Below, piece after piece: positions 1 to 7,925 of a stretch of 64,000 bases of DNA. Made by a program: the position numbers and the translations under genes. Source of the stretch: an uncultured Gemmatimonadaceae bacterium. Lineage in GTDB: Bacteria > Latescibacterota > UBA2968 > UBA8231. The stretch is from positions 10,991-74,990 of the forward strand of contig CAZPXM010000003.1 in the NCBI GenBank assembly GCA_964591015.1, in the 5' to 3' direction. The first letter of the stretch is position 1. Each line of letters starts with the position of its first letter. The notes below the pieces were generated by a model. The model searched no databases, was not told the origin of the DNA, and saw only the letters and a program-made list of their open reading frames with translations.

Positions 1-170
1 TTCGACCACCACCGTGCCGGTGACCCCGCACGGGGCGGCGACCGCCGCGAAGTGCTGCGGCAGGACCGGACGGTACAGCGTGCCGCTGTCCGGAGCCGGC
101 CAGGGTACGCCCTGCGGCCGGCTGGGATCGTAGAAGTGGGTGTGCGCATCGATGATCATCGCCGTCTCCG
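1..170 (-). CDS. Amidohydrolase-family protein, N-terminal fragment (gene continues past the window start)
   Basis: Minus-strand ATG at 170. The translation MIIDAHTHFYDPSRPQGVPWPAPDSGTLYRPVLPQHFAAVAAPCG looks like the HxH metal-binding N-terminus of TIM-barrel amidohydrolases. It is absent from the ORF track because it is truncated by the window edge. Confidence 0.5.
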
Positions 171-273
171 TGCTCGACGGACCGGGTCCTGGCCGATGCC
201 GGCAGCCGCGCCGGGGGCCTTCCGAAGCCTGCCTTGCCGCAGGCTACCGCGCCGCATATGTTGGCCTCTCGCC

Positions 274-894
274 ATGCACGAGCTGACCACCGCCGCCAGT
301 GCGGGAGCTGCCCTGGGCCTCAGCGCGGGCCTGGCGCCCGGGCCGCTGACCACGCTCCTGATCGCCGAGACGCTGCGCCACGGGCGCGCCGCCGGACTGC
401 GCGTCGCCTGCGTGCCGCTGCTCAGCGATCTGCCCGTCGTCGTGCTCGCCGTCTTCGCGCTCGCGCGCCTGGCGCAGGCCGATGTCGTCATGGGTGTCGT
501 CTCGCTGGCCGGAGCCGCGTTCGTGTGCTTCCTGGCGTACGAGAGCTTCAGGGCTGCCCCGCAGGCGCCCGCGGCGGGGCGAACGCCGCCGTCGTCGCTG
601 CGCAAGGGCATCGTGACCAACTGGCTCAATCCCCATCCGTACCTGTTCTGGATGGCAGTGGGAGCGCCGCTGGTGCTGCGTCCCGGCAGCGTGCTGGGCG
701 CGAGCCTCTTCATCGGCGTGTTCTACGCGTGCCTGGTCGGCGCCAAAGCCGCGCTCGCCGTGCTGATCGCCCGGGTGCGTCGCCTCCTGCTGGGCCGATG
801 GTACGCCTGGCTGAACCGCGCGCTGGGCGCCGCCCTGCTCGCCCTGGCGGCGCTGCTGCTGCGGGACGGGATCCGCTTGCTGACGAGCGGCTAG
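274..894 (+). CDS. LysE/RhtB family amino-acid exporter
   Basis: Internal ATG at 274 (MHELTTAASAGAALGLSAGLAPGPL...) inside the 52..894 ORF. The hydrophobic multi-TM composition and GPL/GP motifs are typical of LysE-type translocators. The N-terminal extension of the ORF is R/P-rich and is probably not translated. Confidence 0.65.
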   Translation: MHELTTAASAGAALGLSAGLAPGPLTTLLIAETLRHGRAAGLRVACVPLLSDLPVVVLAVFALARLAQADVVMGVVSLAGAAFVCFLAYESFRAAPQAPAAGRTPPSSLRKGIVTNWLNPHPYLFWMAVGAPLVLRPGSVLGASLFIGVFYACLVGAKAALAVLIARVRRLLLGRWYAWLNRALGAALLALAALLLRDGIRLLTSG

Positions 895-1007
895 GAGTTC
901 GCGCGGACAGCGGCGGCGCTGTCTGTCGCGGCGGCACCGGCGAACGCGCGGCGCGGCCGGCCCTGCTGCCTGGCGCACGAAGTCCATGGCCTCGAGGTGG
1001 TGCAGTG

Positions 1008-2486
1008 GTGCAGCGCGTGCTGCTGTTGTCGGTCAAGCAGGAGAGCGCGGTCTTCAGCCCCGTGCTCACCCGTTACGGCGACTTCAAGATCCGCCGCGGT
1101 GCGGCGCTCGTCCAGGCGCTGCAGAACACGGCCACGGAGATCGCGGGCGCCCTGCGCGCGCTGGCAAACGCCGGCGGCATCGAGGTCGTGCCCGCCTTCG
1201 CCGCCTGGTCGGTCTCCGGCGGCCCGGTGGCCCAGGCCGACCTCGACCGCCTGCTGGCGGCGGCAGCCGCTGCGGCGGCTGCCGCGGGGCGCGTGGACGC
1301 CGCCTACCTCGCCCTCCACGGGGCGATGGCCGGCGAGCGCGAGGACGACCCGGAGGGCCTGCTGCTCCGCTCGGTGCGCAGCCTGCTGGGACCGGTTCCG
1401 GTGGTGGCATCCGTCGATCTGCACGCGGTGCTCACCGACGCCATGGTCGCCCTCGCCGAGGCGATCGTGCCTTTCCACACCTATCCCCACGTCGACCAGG
1501 CGGAGACCGGCGAGCGCGCCGCGCGCGTACTGCTGCGGCTGCTGCGCCACGGGGCACGACCAGCCACGGCACGCGTGCCGCTGCCCATGCTGGTGCGCGG
1601 CGACGAGCTGATCACCGCCACCGGGCGCTTCGGCACTGCCATCCGCATGTGCCGGGAGCTGGAGGGGTCGCCGCGGGGCCTGGCGGCCGGCGTGCTCATC
1701 GGCAACCCGTTCACCGACGTGCCGGAGCTGCGCACGAACGTCCTGGTCACCACCGACGCGGACCAGGAGCTCGCCGAGCAGACGGCGGCGACGGTGGCGC
1801 GCTTCATGTGGTTCAACCGGCACCACTTCCAGGCCAGGTTGACGAGCATCCCTGCTGCCATCGACATCGCCCGCCGCACCGCTGGTCTCACCGTGCTGGC
1901 GGATGCTGCCGATGCGACCTCCTCGGGAGCGCCCGGAGACAGCAACGCGATCCTGCGCGCCCTGGTGGCCGCGCCGCTCGACGGCCGCGCGCTGCTGTCG
2001 CTGGTGGACGCACCTGCGGTCGCGCGCGCCGTCGCCGTTGGCGTGGGTGGCCGCACCGAGTTCACGCTGGGGGGCACGCTCGACCCGAACCGGCATCGGC
2101 CGCTGGTAGTGACCGCGCGCGTCCAGGCGCTGACGGACGGCCGCTTCCGGTACGCGGACGGCACGCCGGAGGAGGCGGGGCGCACCGCCGTGCTCGTGAT
2201 CGACCAGCGCGTGCACGTCGTCGTCACCGAACGGCGCGTCCATCTGATGGACCGCAGCCTGTACGAGGCGCACGGACTGGCGCCAGCCGAGTTCCAAGTG
2301 GTGGTGGTCAAGTCGCCCAACGGGTTTCGGCCGCACTACGAGTCCATCGCCGCAGCCATCGTCGCCGTCGACGCGCCCGGAGCGACGAGTGCGAACCTGG
2401 CCTCGCTGCCCTACCGGCGCTGCCCGCGCCCGATGTTCCCGCTGGACCCCGATGTCGAACCGCCGCCCGCCATCCGCGACTCCTGA
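1008..2486 (+). CDS. M81 family metallopeptidase, MlrC-like (DUF1485 N-domain plus MlrC C-domain)
   Basis: In the frame of ORF 234..2486, the segment from RVLLLSVKQESAVFSPVL...GDFKIRRG onward resembles the MlrC N-terminus, and the C-terminal half resembles the MlrC_C domain. The start is probably GTG near 1005-1017 and the exact position is uncertain. The overlapping ORFs 986..2575 and 997..1611 are in other frames and were rejected. Confidence 0.7.
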   Translation: MQRVLLLSVKQESAVFSPVLTRYGDFKIRRGAALVQALQNTATEIAGALRALANAGGIEVVPAFAAWSVSGGPVAQADLDRLLAAAAAAAAAAGRVDAAYLALHGAMAGEREDDPEGLLLRSVRSLLGPVPVVASVDLHAVLTDAMVALAEAIVPFHTYPHVDQAETGERAARVLLRLLRHGARPATARVPLPMLVRGDELITATGRFGTAIRMCRELEGSPRGLAAGVLIGNPFTDVPELRTNVLVTTDADQELAEQTAATVARFMWFNRHHFQARLTSIPAAIDIARRTAGLTVLADAADATSSGAPGDSNAILRALVAAPLDGRALLSLVDAPAVARAVAVGVGGRTEFTLGGTLDPNRHRPLVVTARVQALTDGRFRYADGTPEEAGRTAVLVIDQRVHVVVTERRVHLMDRSLYEAHGLAPAEFQVVVVKSPNGFRPHYESIAAAIVAVDAPGATSANLASLPYRRCPRPMFPLDPDVEPPPAIRDS

Positions 2487-2519
2487 CGGCACCCGCAACC
2501 ACGCACCACGCGCACCCGG

Positions 2520-3608
2520 TCAGTCGATCTCGACAAAGGTGCCGTCGATCTGCCGCGGTCCCTCTTTCTGGTTGAAGTAGTACACGACCAGCACCCGGCC
2601 GTCCGGAGCCAGACACGCCCAGGGGTATCCCAGGTCGCCGCTGCCGCCGTCCGCGCGGAGGACCAGCTCCGGGCCGCCGAAGTCGGTGCACTCCGGATCG
2701 AGCAGGCGGGCCCGGATGCCGTAGGGGTCGTGGCGGTAGCCGTAGACGAGGAACACCCGGTCGTCGGGGAGCCGGAGGGCGTGATAGGGATGCCCGACGA
2801 CGCCCATGTCCTGCCAGGGCTCCCAGGTGCGCCCGCGATCTCGCGACCGCACGACGACGCCGTGGTCGTCGAATGCCGCCGTCCGCACGAAGGCGACCAG
2901 ATCGCCTGCGGCGGTCTCCACCAGCGACGTCTCGTTGAAGACGACCTTCGCGTCCGCCGCGATCGGGGCCACGTGCTCCCACTCTTCGCCGAAAGTGTCC
3001 GAGGACAGCAGCTCGAGGCGCGTCTGTTGCGGCGTCTCCTGCGGACTGACCGCCACGGCCCAGTAGATCCTGCCGTCACTGGCCTGCACCATGGCGCCGC
3101 GATTCATGGCCGGCAGCGGCACCCCGGGGAACTCGCGGGCGCACCCCGGGATCTCCGGCGGCAGCACGGGCCCCTCCCAGGTCCGCCCCGCATCGAACGA
3201 GCGCAGCAGGTACCCTCCCAGGAAGGTGAAGTGCCAGCCGAACACCTGGCGAGCGGGCACCGTCGCCTGCGGCACGCCCTCCGCGGGCAGCAGCATCCAG
3301 GCGTAGCTGCTGAGCAGGAGTGTGCCGTCGTCCAGCTCGATCATGCACGGATCCTGCGACCCGCCGAAGGGATGCGCGTAGATGAGCTCGGGCTCTGGCG
3401 ACCAGCTGCGGCCCAGATCGCGCGAGCGCACCAGCACCAGGTAGCTGTTGGGGTCGCAGTGGGTGCAGCTTCGCGCCCCGAACCGGCGCCGGTCCGGTGC
3501 CCGACGGAAGGCGACCAGCAGTTCGCCGTCGGCCCGGCAGACTGCGGACGGGAACGCTGCGTAGAAACGCTCGTCGCGGTAGATCACCACGTCCTCGCAC
3601 TTGCGCAT
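2520..3608 (-). CDS. BNR/Asp-box repeat sialidase-fold protein (exo-alpha-sialidase-like), no signal peptide
   Basis: Internal ATG at 3608 (MRKCEDVVIYRDERFYAAFPS...). There are three Asp-box motifs, SRDLGRSW, SFDAGRTW and SRDRGRTW. The protein is 362 aa. The long upstream extension of ORF 2520..4688 is a GC-rich artefact. Confidence 0.7.
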   Translation of the reverse strand: MRKCEDVVIYRDERFYAAFPSAVCRADGELLVAFRRAPDRRRFGARSCTHCDPNSYLVLVRSRDLGRSWSPEPELIYAHPFGGSQDPCMIELDDGTLLLSSYAWMLLPAEGVPQATVPARQVFGWHFTFLGGYLLRSFDAGRTWEGPVLPPEIPGCAREFPGVPLPAMNRGAMVQASDGRIYWAVAVSPQETPQQTRLELLSSDTFGEEWEHVAPIAADAKVVFNETSLVETAAGDLVAFVRTAAFDDHGVVVRSRDRGRTWEPWQDMGVVGHPYHALRLPDDRVFLVYGYRHDPYGIRARLLDPECTDFGGPELVLRADGGSGDLGYPWACLAPDGRVLVVYYFNQKEGPRQIDGTFVEID

Positions 3609-3738
3609 GGCCTCGGCTCTCCTTGTCTTTGCCGCGCCGGCGCCGCGCCCGTCCTGCCGACTGCGGCGCAGGGATCCAGCGGGCGAAATATGCCCGGGCG
3701 GCGCGCGGCCGGTCAAGCGATGGCACGGAAGAGCGGCG

Positions 3739-4506
3739 ATGCTCGCTAGTTCGCTGAAAGAGAAGCTCCAGCGCGGCCGCCGAGCCCTGGGAGTCCTCAT
3801 GACCTTCGACTTCTGGCCCGGATATCTGGAGATCTGCCGGCGCGAGGGCATCGACTTCGTAGTGCTCGACCTCGAGCACGGGTACGTGGACCCGTCCCGC
3901 GGCGAGGAGCTGTGCCGCACTGCCCGCCTGCTCGACCTGCCGCTGCTGCTGCGCCCCGCGAGCTGCACCATGGAGGCGATCAAGCGCGGGCTCGACATGG
4001 GACCGGGCGGGCTGATGGTGCCGTGGGTGGAGACGGCGGAGCAGCTCGCCATCCTGCGGGCTGCCGCATTCTGTCCGCCTCGCGGCCGCCACGGCATGGG
4101 CGGACCGGCGGTCATGGCCGTCGCGGGCGCCTCCAGCGCCGACTGGCGGCGGCTCGAAGAGAGCCAGTTCCTGATGTGCCAGATCGAGACGCCGCAGGGA
4201 CTGGAACTCGCGCCCGTGGCGGCGGCGCAGTCCTGGCTCGACGCGCTCATGGTGGGCCCGTACGACCTGGCCCATACCATGGGCCTGGTGGACGAGTACC
4301 TGCGGGCTCCCGCCCATCTGGAGGCGATCCAGCGGGTGTGTGCCGCCGCCCACGCCCACGGCCGCTGGGCCGGGATGGTCGCGGGGACTGGCGAGGACGC
4401 CCGGCGCTGGTTCGATGCTGGCTTCGATCTGGTCATCGTGGGCGCCGTGGTAACCCACTTCACACAGGGCCTCCAGCGCAACGTGGCTGCGGCCCGCTCG
4501 GGCTGA
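3739..4506 (+). CDS. HpcH/HpaI family 2-keto-3-deoxy-acid aldolase
   Basis: ATG at 3739 (MLASSLKEKLQRGRRALGVLMTFDFWPGYLEICRREGIDFVVLDLEHG...). This is the characteristic HpcH/HpaI aldolase fold signature. The protein is 255 aa. Confidence 0.75.
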   Translation: MLASSLKEKLQRGRRALGVLMTFDFWPGYLEICRREGIDFVVLDLEHGYVDPSRGEELCRTARLLDLPLLLRPASCTMEAIKRGLDMGPGGLMVPWVETAEQLAILRAAAFCPPRGRHGMGGPAVMAVAGASSADWRRLEESQFLMCQIETPQGLELAPVAAAQSWLDALMVGPYDLAHTMGLVDEYLRAPAHLEAIQRVCAAAHAHGRWAGMVAGTGEDARRWFDAGFDLVIVGAVVTHFTQGLQRNVAAARSG

Positions 4507-4614
4507 ACGCAGCCGCCGGCGTCCGACTCGCCCGCGCCCTCTGCCCGGGGCTGCGCCGGCGTGCGGGTCCCGCGGACTTCGGGCCGCGCCGGCGCCAGGA
4601 GGAAGGGAATCGCC

Positions 4615-6600
4615 ATGGAGCTGGCACTGATCTGCGCCGAGGACAACGACCTGTACGGCGTGCTGCTCGCTGCCGGAGTGCCGTGCACCCGGTACGGCGA
4701 CGTGGGCAGCGCCCTGCGCGAGGCGTCCCGTCACGTCGGCCTGCTGGCGCTCGCGGACACCTACCCGCGCCCCCAGCTACGGCTCACCGCCGAGCATCTC
4801 GAGCAGGCGGCGGCGCGCCGGCTTCGCCTGCTGATCGAGTACCCGGCGGCCGTGGCGGGCCTGGAGATCGGGCAGCCGTGCCCGACCAGCTGGGAGCGCG
4901 TTGTCGTCTCCTCCGATTTCTTCGCGCCGGCGGTCGAGCGGCTCTCCATCCTGGCCCTGCACGGCTGCTGGTACCTGCCGACACGCGCGGAGGCGCCGCA
5001 CCTCGTGGCCGCGCGCGTCGCCGGTTACCGGACTGCCGTGTACGGGCTGCCCAGCGATGCGCCGCCGCTGCTGTTCGAACTGCCCGGGCGGCCCGTGCTG
5101 ATCGCTGTCACCAAGCTGAGTCAGGTGCTGCGGGGACGCTACGGTCCCTTGGTGAGCTGGCAGCACATCTGGGCTCGGCTGCTGGAGTACCTGCTCCCGG
5201 GTTGCCAGCTGCCGGCCCTCCACTGGGCACCCACGGTCACCGTCGCGCTGCCGGCGACCGCCTCGGTGACACCCCAGGTCGAGGCGACAACCCTGGCGCG
5301 CTCGCTGCGCTGGTTCGCCTGCCACGCGCTCTACAGCATCGACTGGAAGAAGGGCGTGATCGAGGGTTTCGAGTCGAGCATCGACCACGAGGGCAACCAG
5401 CTGCGCCGCACCTGGCCGCGGGGCGACTGCATCGGCGAGAGCGCGATGGTCTTCGCCTGGGACTGGGTGCTGACCGGCAACCCGCTCAGCCGCCAGCGAG
5501 CCGGTCAACTGCTCGACTATGTCCTCTCCAGTCCGGACTTCCACCACGACGATCCGGCCGATCCAGCCTTCGGACTGAACAACTGGTCGGAGCGCAACCC
5601 CGTGTTCTACGGGGACGACAATGCGCGTGTGCTCTTGCCGGCGCTCACCGTGGCGCGCCTGGTGGACGACTGCCGGTGGGACGAACGCATCCTGCGCTGC
5701 CTGCTGGCCAACCTGCGCACCACCGGCCGGCTCGGGTTCCGGCGGGCCCGGATCAATCACCCCCGCTTTGCGGAGTGCGGCGGCTGGCAGTTCTTCTACG
5801 GGGAGGACCACGTCCACTACGCGCCGCACTACCAGGCCTATCTGTGGGCCGCCTTCCTGTGGGCGCATGCCCTGGTCGGCGATCCGGAGATGCTGGAGAA
5901 GCCGCGGCGCGCGCTGGCGATGACGATGGCCGCCTTCCCCGAGGAGTGGCGCTGGACCAACGGACTGGCGCAGGAGATCGCCCGCATGTTGCTGCCCCTG
6001 AGCTTCCTGGTGCGGGTCCAGGACACACCCGAACACCGGGCCTGGCTGCAGCGCATGGCCGACGAGCTACTGCAGCTCATGCAGCCTTGCGGCGCCATCC
6101 GTGAGCTGCTCGGTCCGGCAGGCCACGGCGCGTACGGCCCGCCGCCCACCAACGAGGCGTACGGCACCGCCGAGGCGACGCTGATCCAGACCAACGGCGA
6201 CCCTGCCTGCGACCTGCTCTACACGGCGAACTACGCCTTGCTCGGTCTGCACGAGGCGGCTGCGGCTACCCAGGACGCCCGCCTCCGCGAGGCTGCTGAC
6301 CGGCTGACCGCCTTCCTGTGCCGGATCCAGGTTCGTTCGGTGGCGCAGCCGTACCTCGACGGGGCGTGGATGCGCGCCTTCGACTACGAGTTGTGGGAGT
6401 ACTGGGGCAGCTCCGCCGACCGGGGCTGGGGGCCCTGGTCGGTCGAGACCGGCTGGACGAATGCCTGGATCGCGGCGGTGCTGGCCATGCGCCGGCTCGG
6501 CACGAGCCTGTTCGACCTCGGCCAGACGCAGCGCCTGCGCCGCCTGTACCCGCGCCTGCGCGCCGAGATGCTCCCGGAGACGGAACCCACCGGCCAGTGA
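4615..6600 (+). CDS. Hypothetical protein (661 aa), possibly an alpha-helical toroid glycoside-hydrolase-like enzyme
   Basis: ATG at 4615 is preceded by AGGAGGAAGG. It is a long Trp/aromatic-rich soluble protein with no recognisable catalytic motif. Confidence 0.6.
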   Translation: MELALICAEDNDLYGVLLAAGVPCTRYGDVGSALREASRHVGLLALADTYPRPQLRLTAEHLEQAAARRLRLLIEYPAAVAGLEIGQPCPTSWERVVVSSDFFAPAVERLSILALHGCWYLPTRAEAPHLVAARVAGYRTAVYGLPSDAPPLLFELPGRPVLIAVTKLSQVLRGRYGPLVSWQHIWARLLEYLLPGCQLPALHWAPTVTVALPATASVTPQVEATTLARSLRWFACHALYSIDWKKGVIEGFESSIDHEGNQLRRTWPRGDCIGESAMVFAWDWVLTGNPLSRQRAGQLLDYVLSSPDFHHDDPADPAFGLNNWSERNPVFYGDDNARVLLPALTVARLVDDCRWDERILRCLLANLRTTGRLGFRRARINHPRFAECGGWQFFYGEDHVHYAPHYQAYLWAAFLWAHALVGDPEMLEKPRRALAMTMAAFPEEWRWTNGLAQEIARMLLPLSFLVRVQDTPEHRAWLQRMADELLQLMQPCGAIRELLGPAGHGAYGPPPTNEAYGTAEATLIQTNGDPACDLLYTANYALLGLHEAAAATQDARLREAADRLTAFLCRIQVRSVAQPYLDGAWMRAFDYELWEYWGSSADRGWGPWSVETGWTNAWIAAVLAMRRLGTSLFDLGQTQRLRRLYPRLRAEMLPETEPTGQ

Positions 6601-6738
6601 GCGACGCGTCCAGCCGCGCGCCCCGCAGCGGGCTGCCGCCAGCGCGCGCCGCCAAGCAGCTGGCGGCGCGCAACCCGCACCCCGGGCGGCGCGGCGCGGC
6701 GCGCTGGCGGCAGCGGTGCCGGAGCGCAGATGGCCGGT

Positions 6739-7911
6739 TCAGTACGCCGTGAAGTCGGCAGCCACCTCCGCGACGCGCACGGGGCGTCGCTCGCTGGCGG
6801 AGAGGATCGCGGCCAGCGTGCAGCGCACCGCATGGATGCCCTCGGGACCGCTGTACCGGGGCAAGGCGTCCGCGGCGATGCAGTCGAGCAGGTGGCGCAC
6901 CTGGTTGATGTGCCCCTGGCTGTAGTAGCAGATCTCCGAGTCCCACACGTCGTCGCCGCCCTCGGGGAAGCGGCAGGCGACCGGGTTCCTGCCCTCCCGG
7001 TGCAGGACCAGATGCTGCTGCTGCCCGTCCCAGATCAGGTTGTGGCCTCCCTCGCCCAGCACCTCGATCATGCCGCGTTCACCGATGATCTGCGTGCCGA
7101 ACCCGCGCTGGTAGTCGAACTTGCCGTTGAGTCGCTCCGCCCGCATCCAGACTCCCTGACACGCTTCGTCATCGTACTGCCACGTGATGATGGGGATGTC
7201 GACTGCGGGTGCGGCGTACGGATCGTGGGCGGCACCGGCGCGCCTCGTCCCGGCCGCAGCGGCAGCGCGGACGGCATACACCTCGGCGATGGAGGCGCCC
7301 GGGACGAAGTACTCGGCGGTGGCGAAGAAGTGCACGGCGTGGTCGAAGATCCACGGATAGGCGCCGCCCCCGGACAGCGCACCGTCCAGGCGCCAGCTGC
7401 GGTCCGCCGGCCCCGTGGGGATCCGCGGCACGGGCCGCTCGCGCCATTCGCCATGGCGCTGGCGGATCTGCAGCGGCCGGCCGATCTCGCCCGCCTCGAT
7501 CAGGGCCCGAGCCTCCATGTGCGACCGCAGGAACACGTAGGTCTCGCCGACCAGCAGCTTGACCCCCGCCTGCTGCACGGCGGCCCAGGCCTCTTCGCCC
7601 TCCGCCACGCTGCGGCAGAACGGCTTCTCGCAGTGGATGTGCTTGCCGGCGCGCGCCGCCTGTCGCACCATGGCCGCGTGCAGATAGGTGGGCGTCGCGA
7701 TGTCGACGAGGTCCACCGCCGGCAGCATGTCGGCCAGCTCGGTGAACACCTGGGGGATGCTGTGCCGTTCGGCGAAGGCTCGCGCGCGGCCCTCGTCGCA
7801 GTCGCACACTGCGGCCACCACCACCTCGGTTCGGCCCGCGTACCCCTTGAGATGGGGCGTCGCCGCCAGCCCCGTACCGACGATCCCGACCCGCAGCCGC
7901 GGCCTGCTCAT
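6739..7911 (-). CDS. Gfo/Idh/MocA family NAD(P)-dependent oxidoreductase (inositol/sugar dehydrogenase-like)
   Basis: ATG at 7911 (MSRPRLRVGIVGTGLAATPHLKGY...). It has an N-terminal Rossmann motif and the EKP motif (IHCEKPF). The protein is 390 aa and its start lies 14 bp after the upstream TPP-enzyme stop. Confidence 0.85.
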   Translation of the reverse strand: MSRPRLRVGIVGTGLAATPHLKGYAGRTEVVVAAVCDCDEGRARAFAERHSIPQVFTELADMLPAVDLVDIATPTYLHAAMVRQAARAGKHIHCEKPFCRSVAEGEEAWAAVQQAGVKLLVGETYVFLRSHMEARALIEAGEIGRPLQIRQRHGEWRERPVPRIPTGPADRSWRLDGALSGGGAYPWIFDHAVHFFATAEYFVPGASIAEVYAVRAAAAAGTRRAGAAHDPYAAPAVDIPIITWQYDDEACQGVWMRAERLNGKFDYQRGFGTQIIGERGMIEVLGEGGHNLIWDGQQQHLVLHREGRNPVACRFPEGGDDVWDSEICYYSQGHINQVRHLLDCIAADALPRYSGPEGIHAVRCTLAAILSASERRPVRVAEVAADFTAY

Positions 7912-7925
7912 GTCGCGTCCTCCTG

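Noticed and set aside
234-2575. Overlapping alternative-frame ORFs (234..2486 N-terminal part, 986..2575, 891..2498 minus, 997..1611)
   Set aside because: Only the 234 frame from about 1008 onward matches the MlrC-like protein. The others are R/A/P-rich with no domain signal. The 234..1007 part overlaps the LysE gene in another frame.
3721-3746. TGGCACGGAAGAGCGG resembling a sigma-54 -24/-12 element
   Set aside because: The GG to GC spacing is one nt short of consensus, the -12 TTGC is absent, and it sits only 18 bp from the HpcH start codon.
2520-4688. 722-aa version of the sialidase-fold ORF and the antisense ORFs 2730..3749 and 3076..4734
   Set aside because: The region upstream of ATG 3608 is S/R/P-rich and overlaps the HpcH aldolase on the other strand. 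The Asp-box protein begins at 3608.
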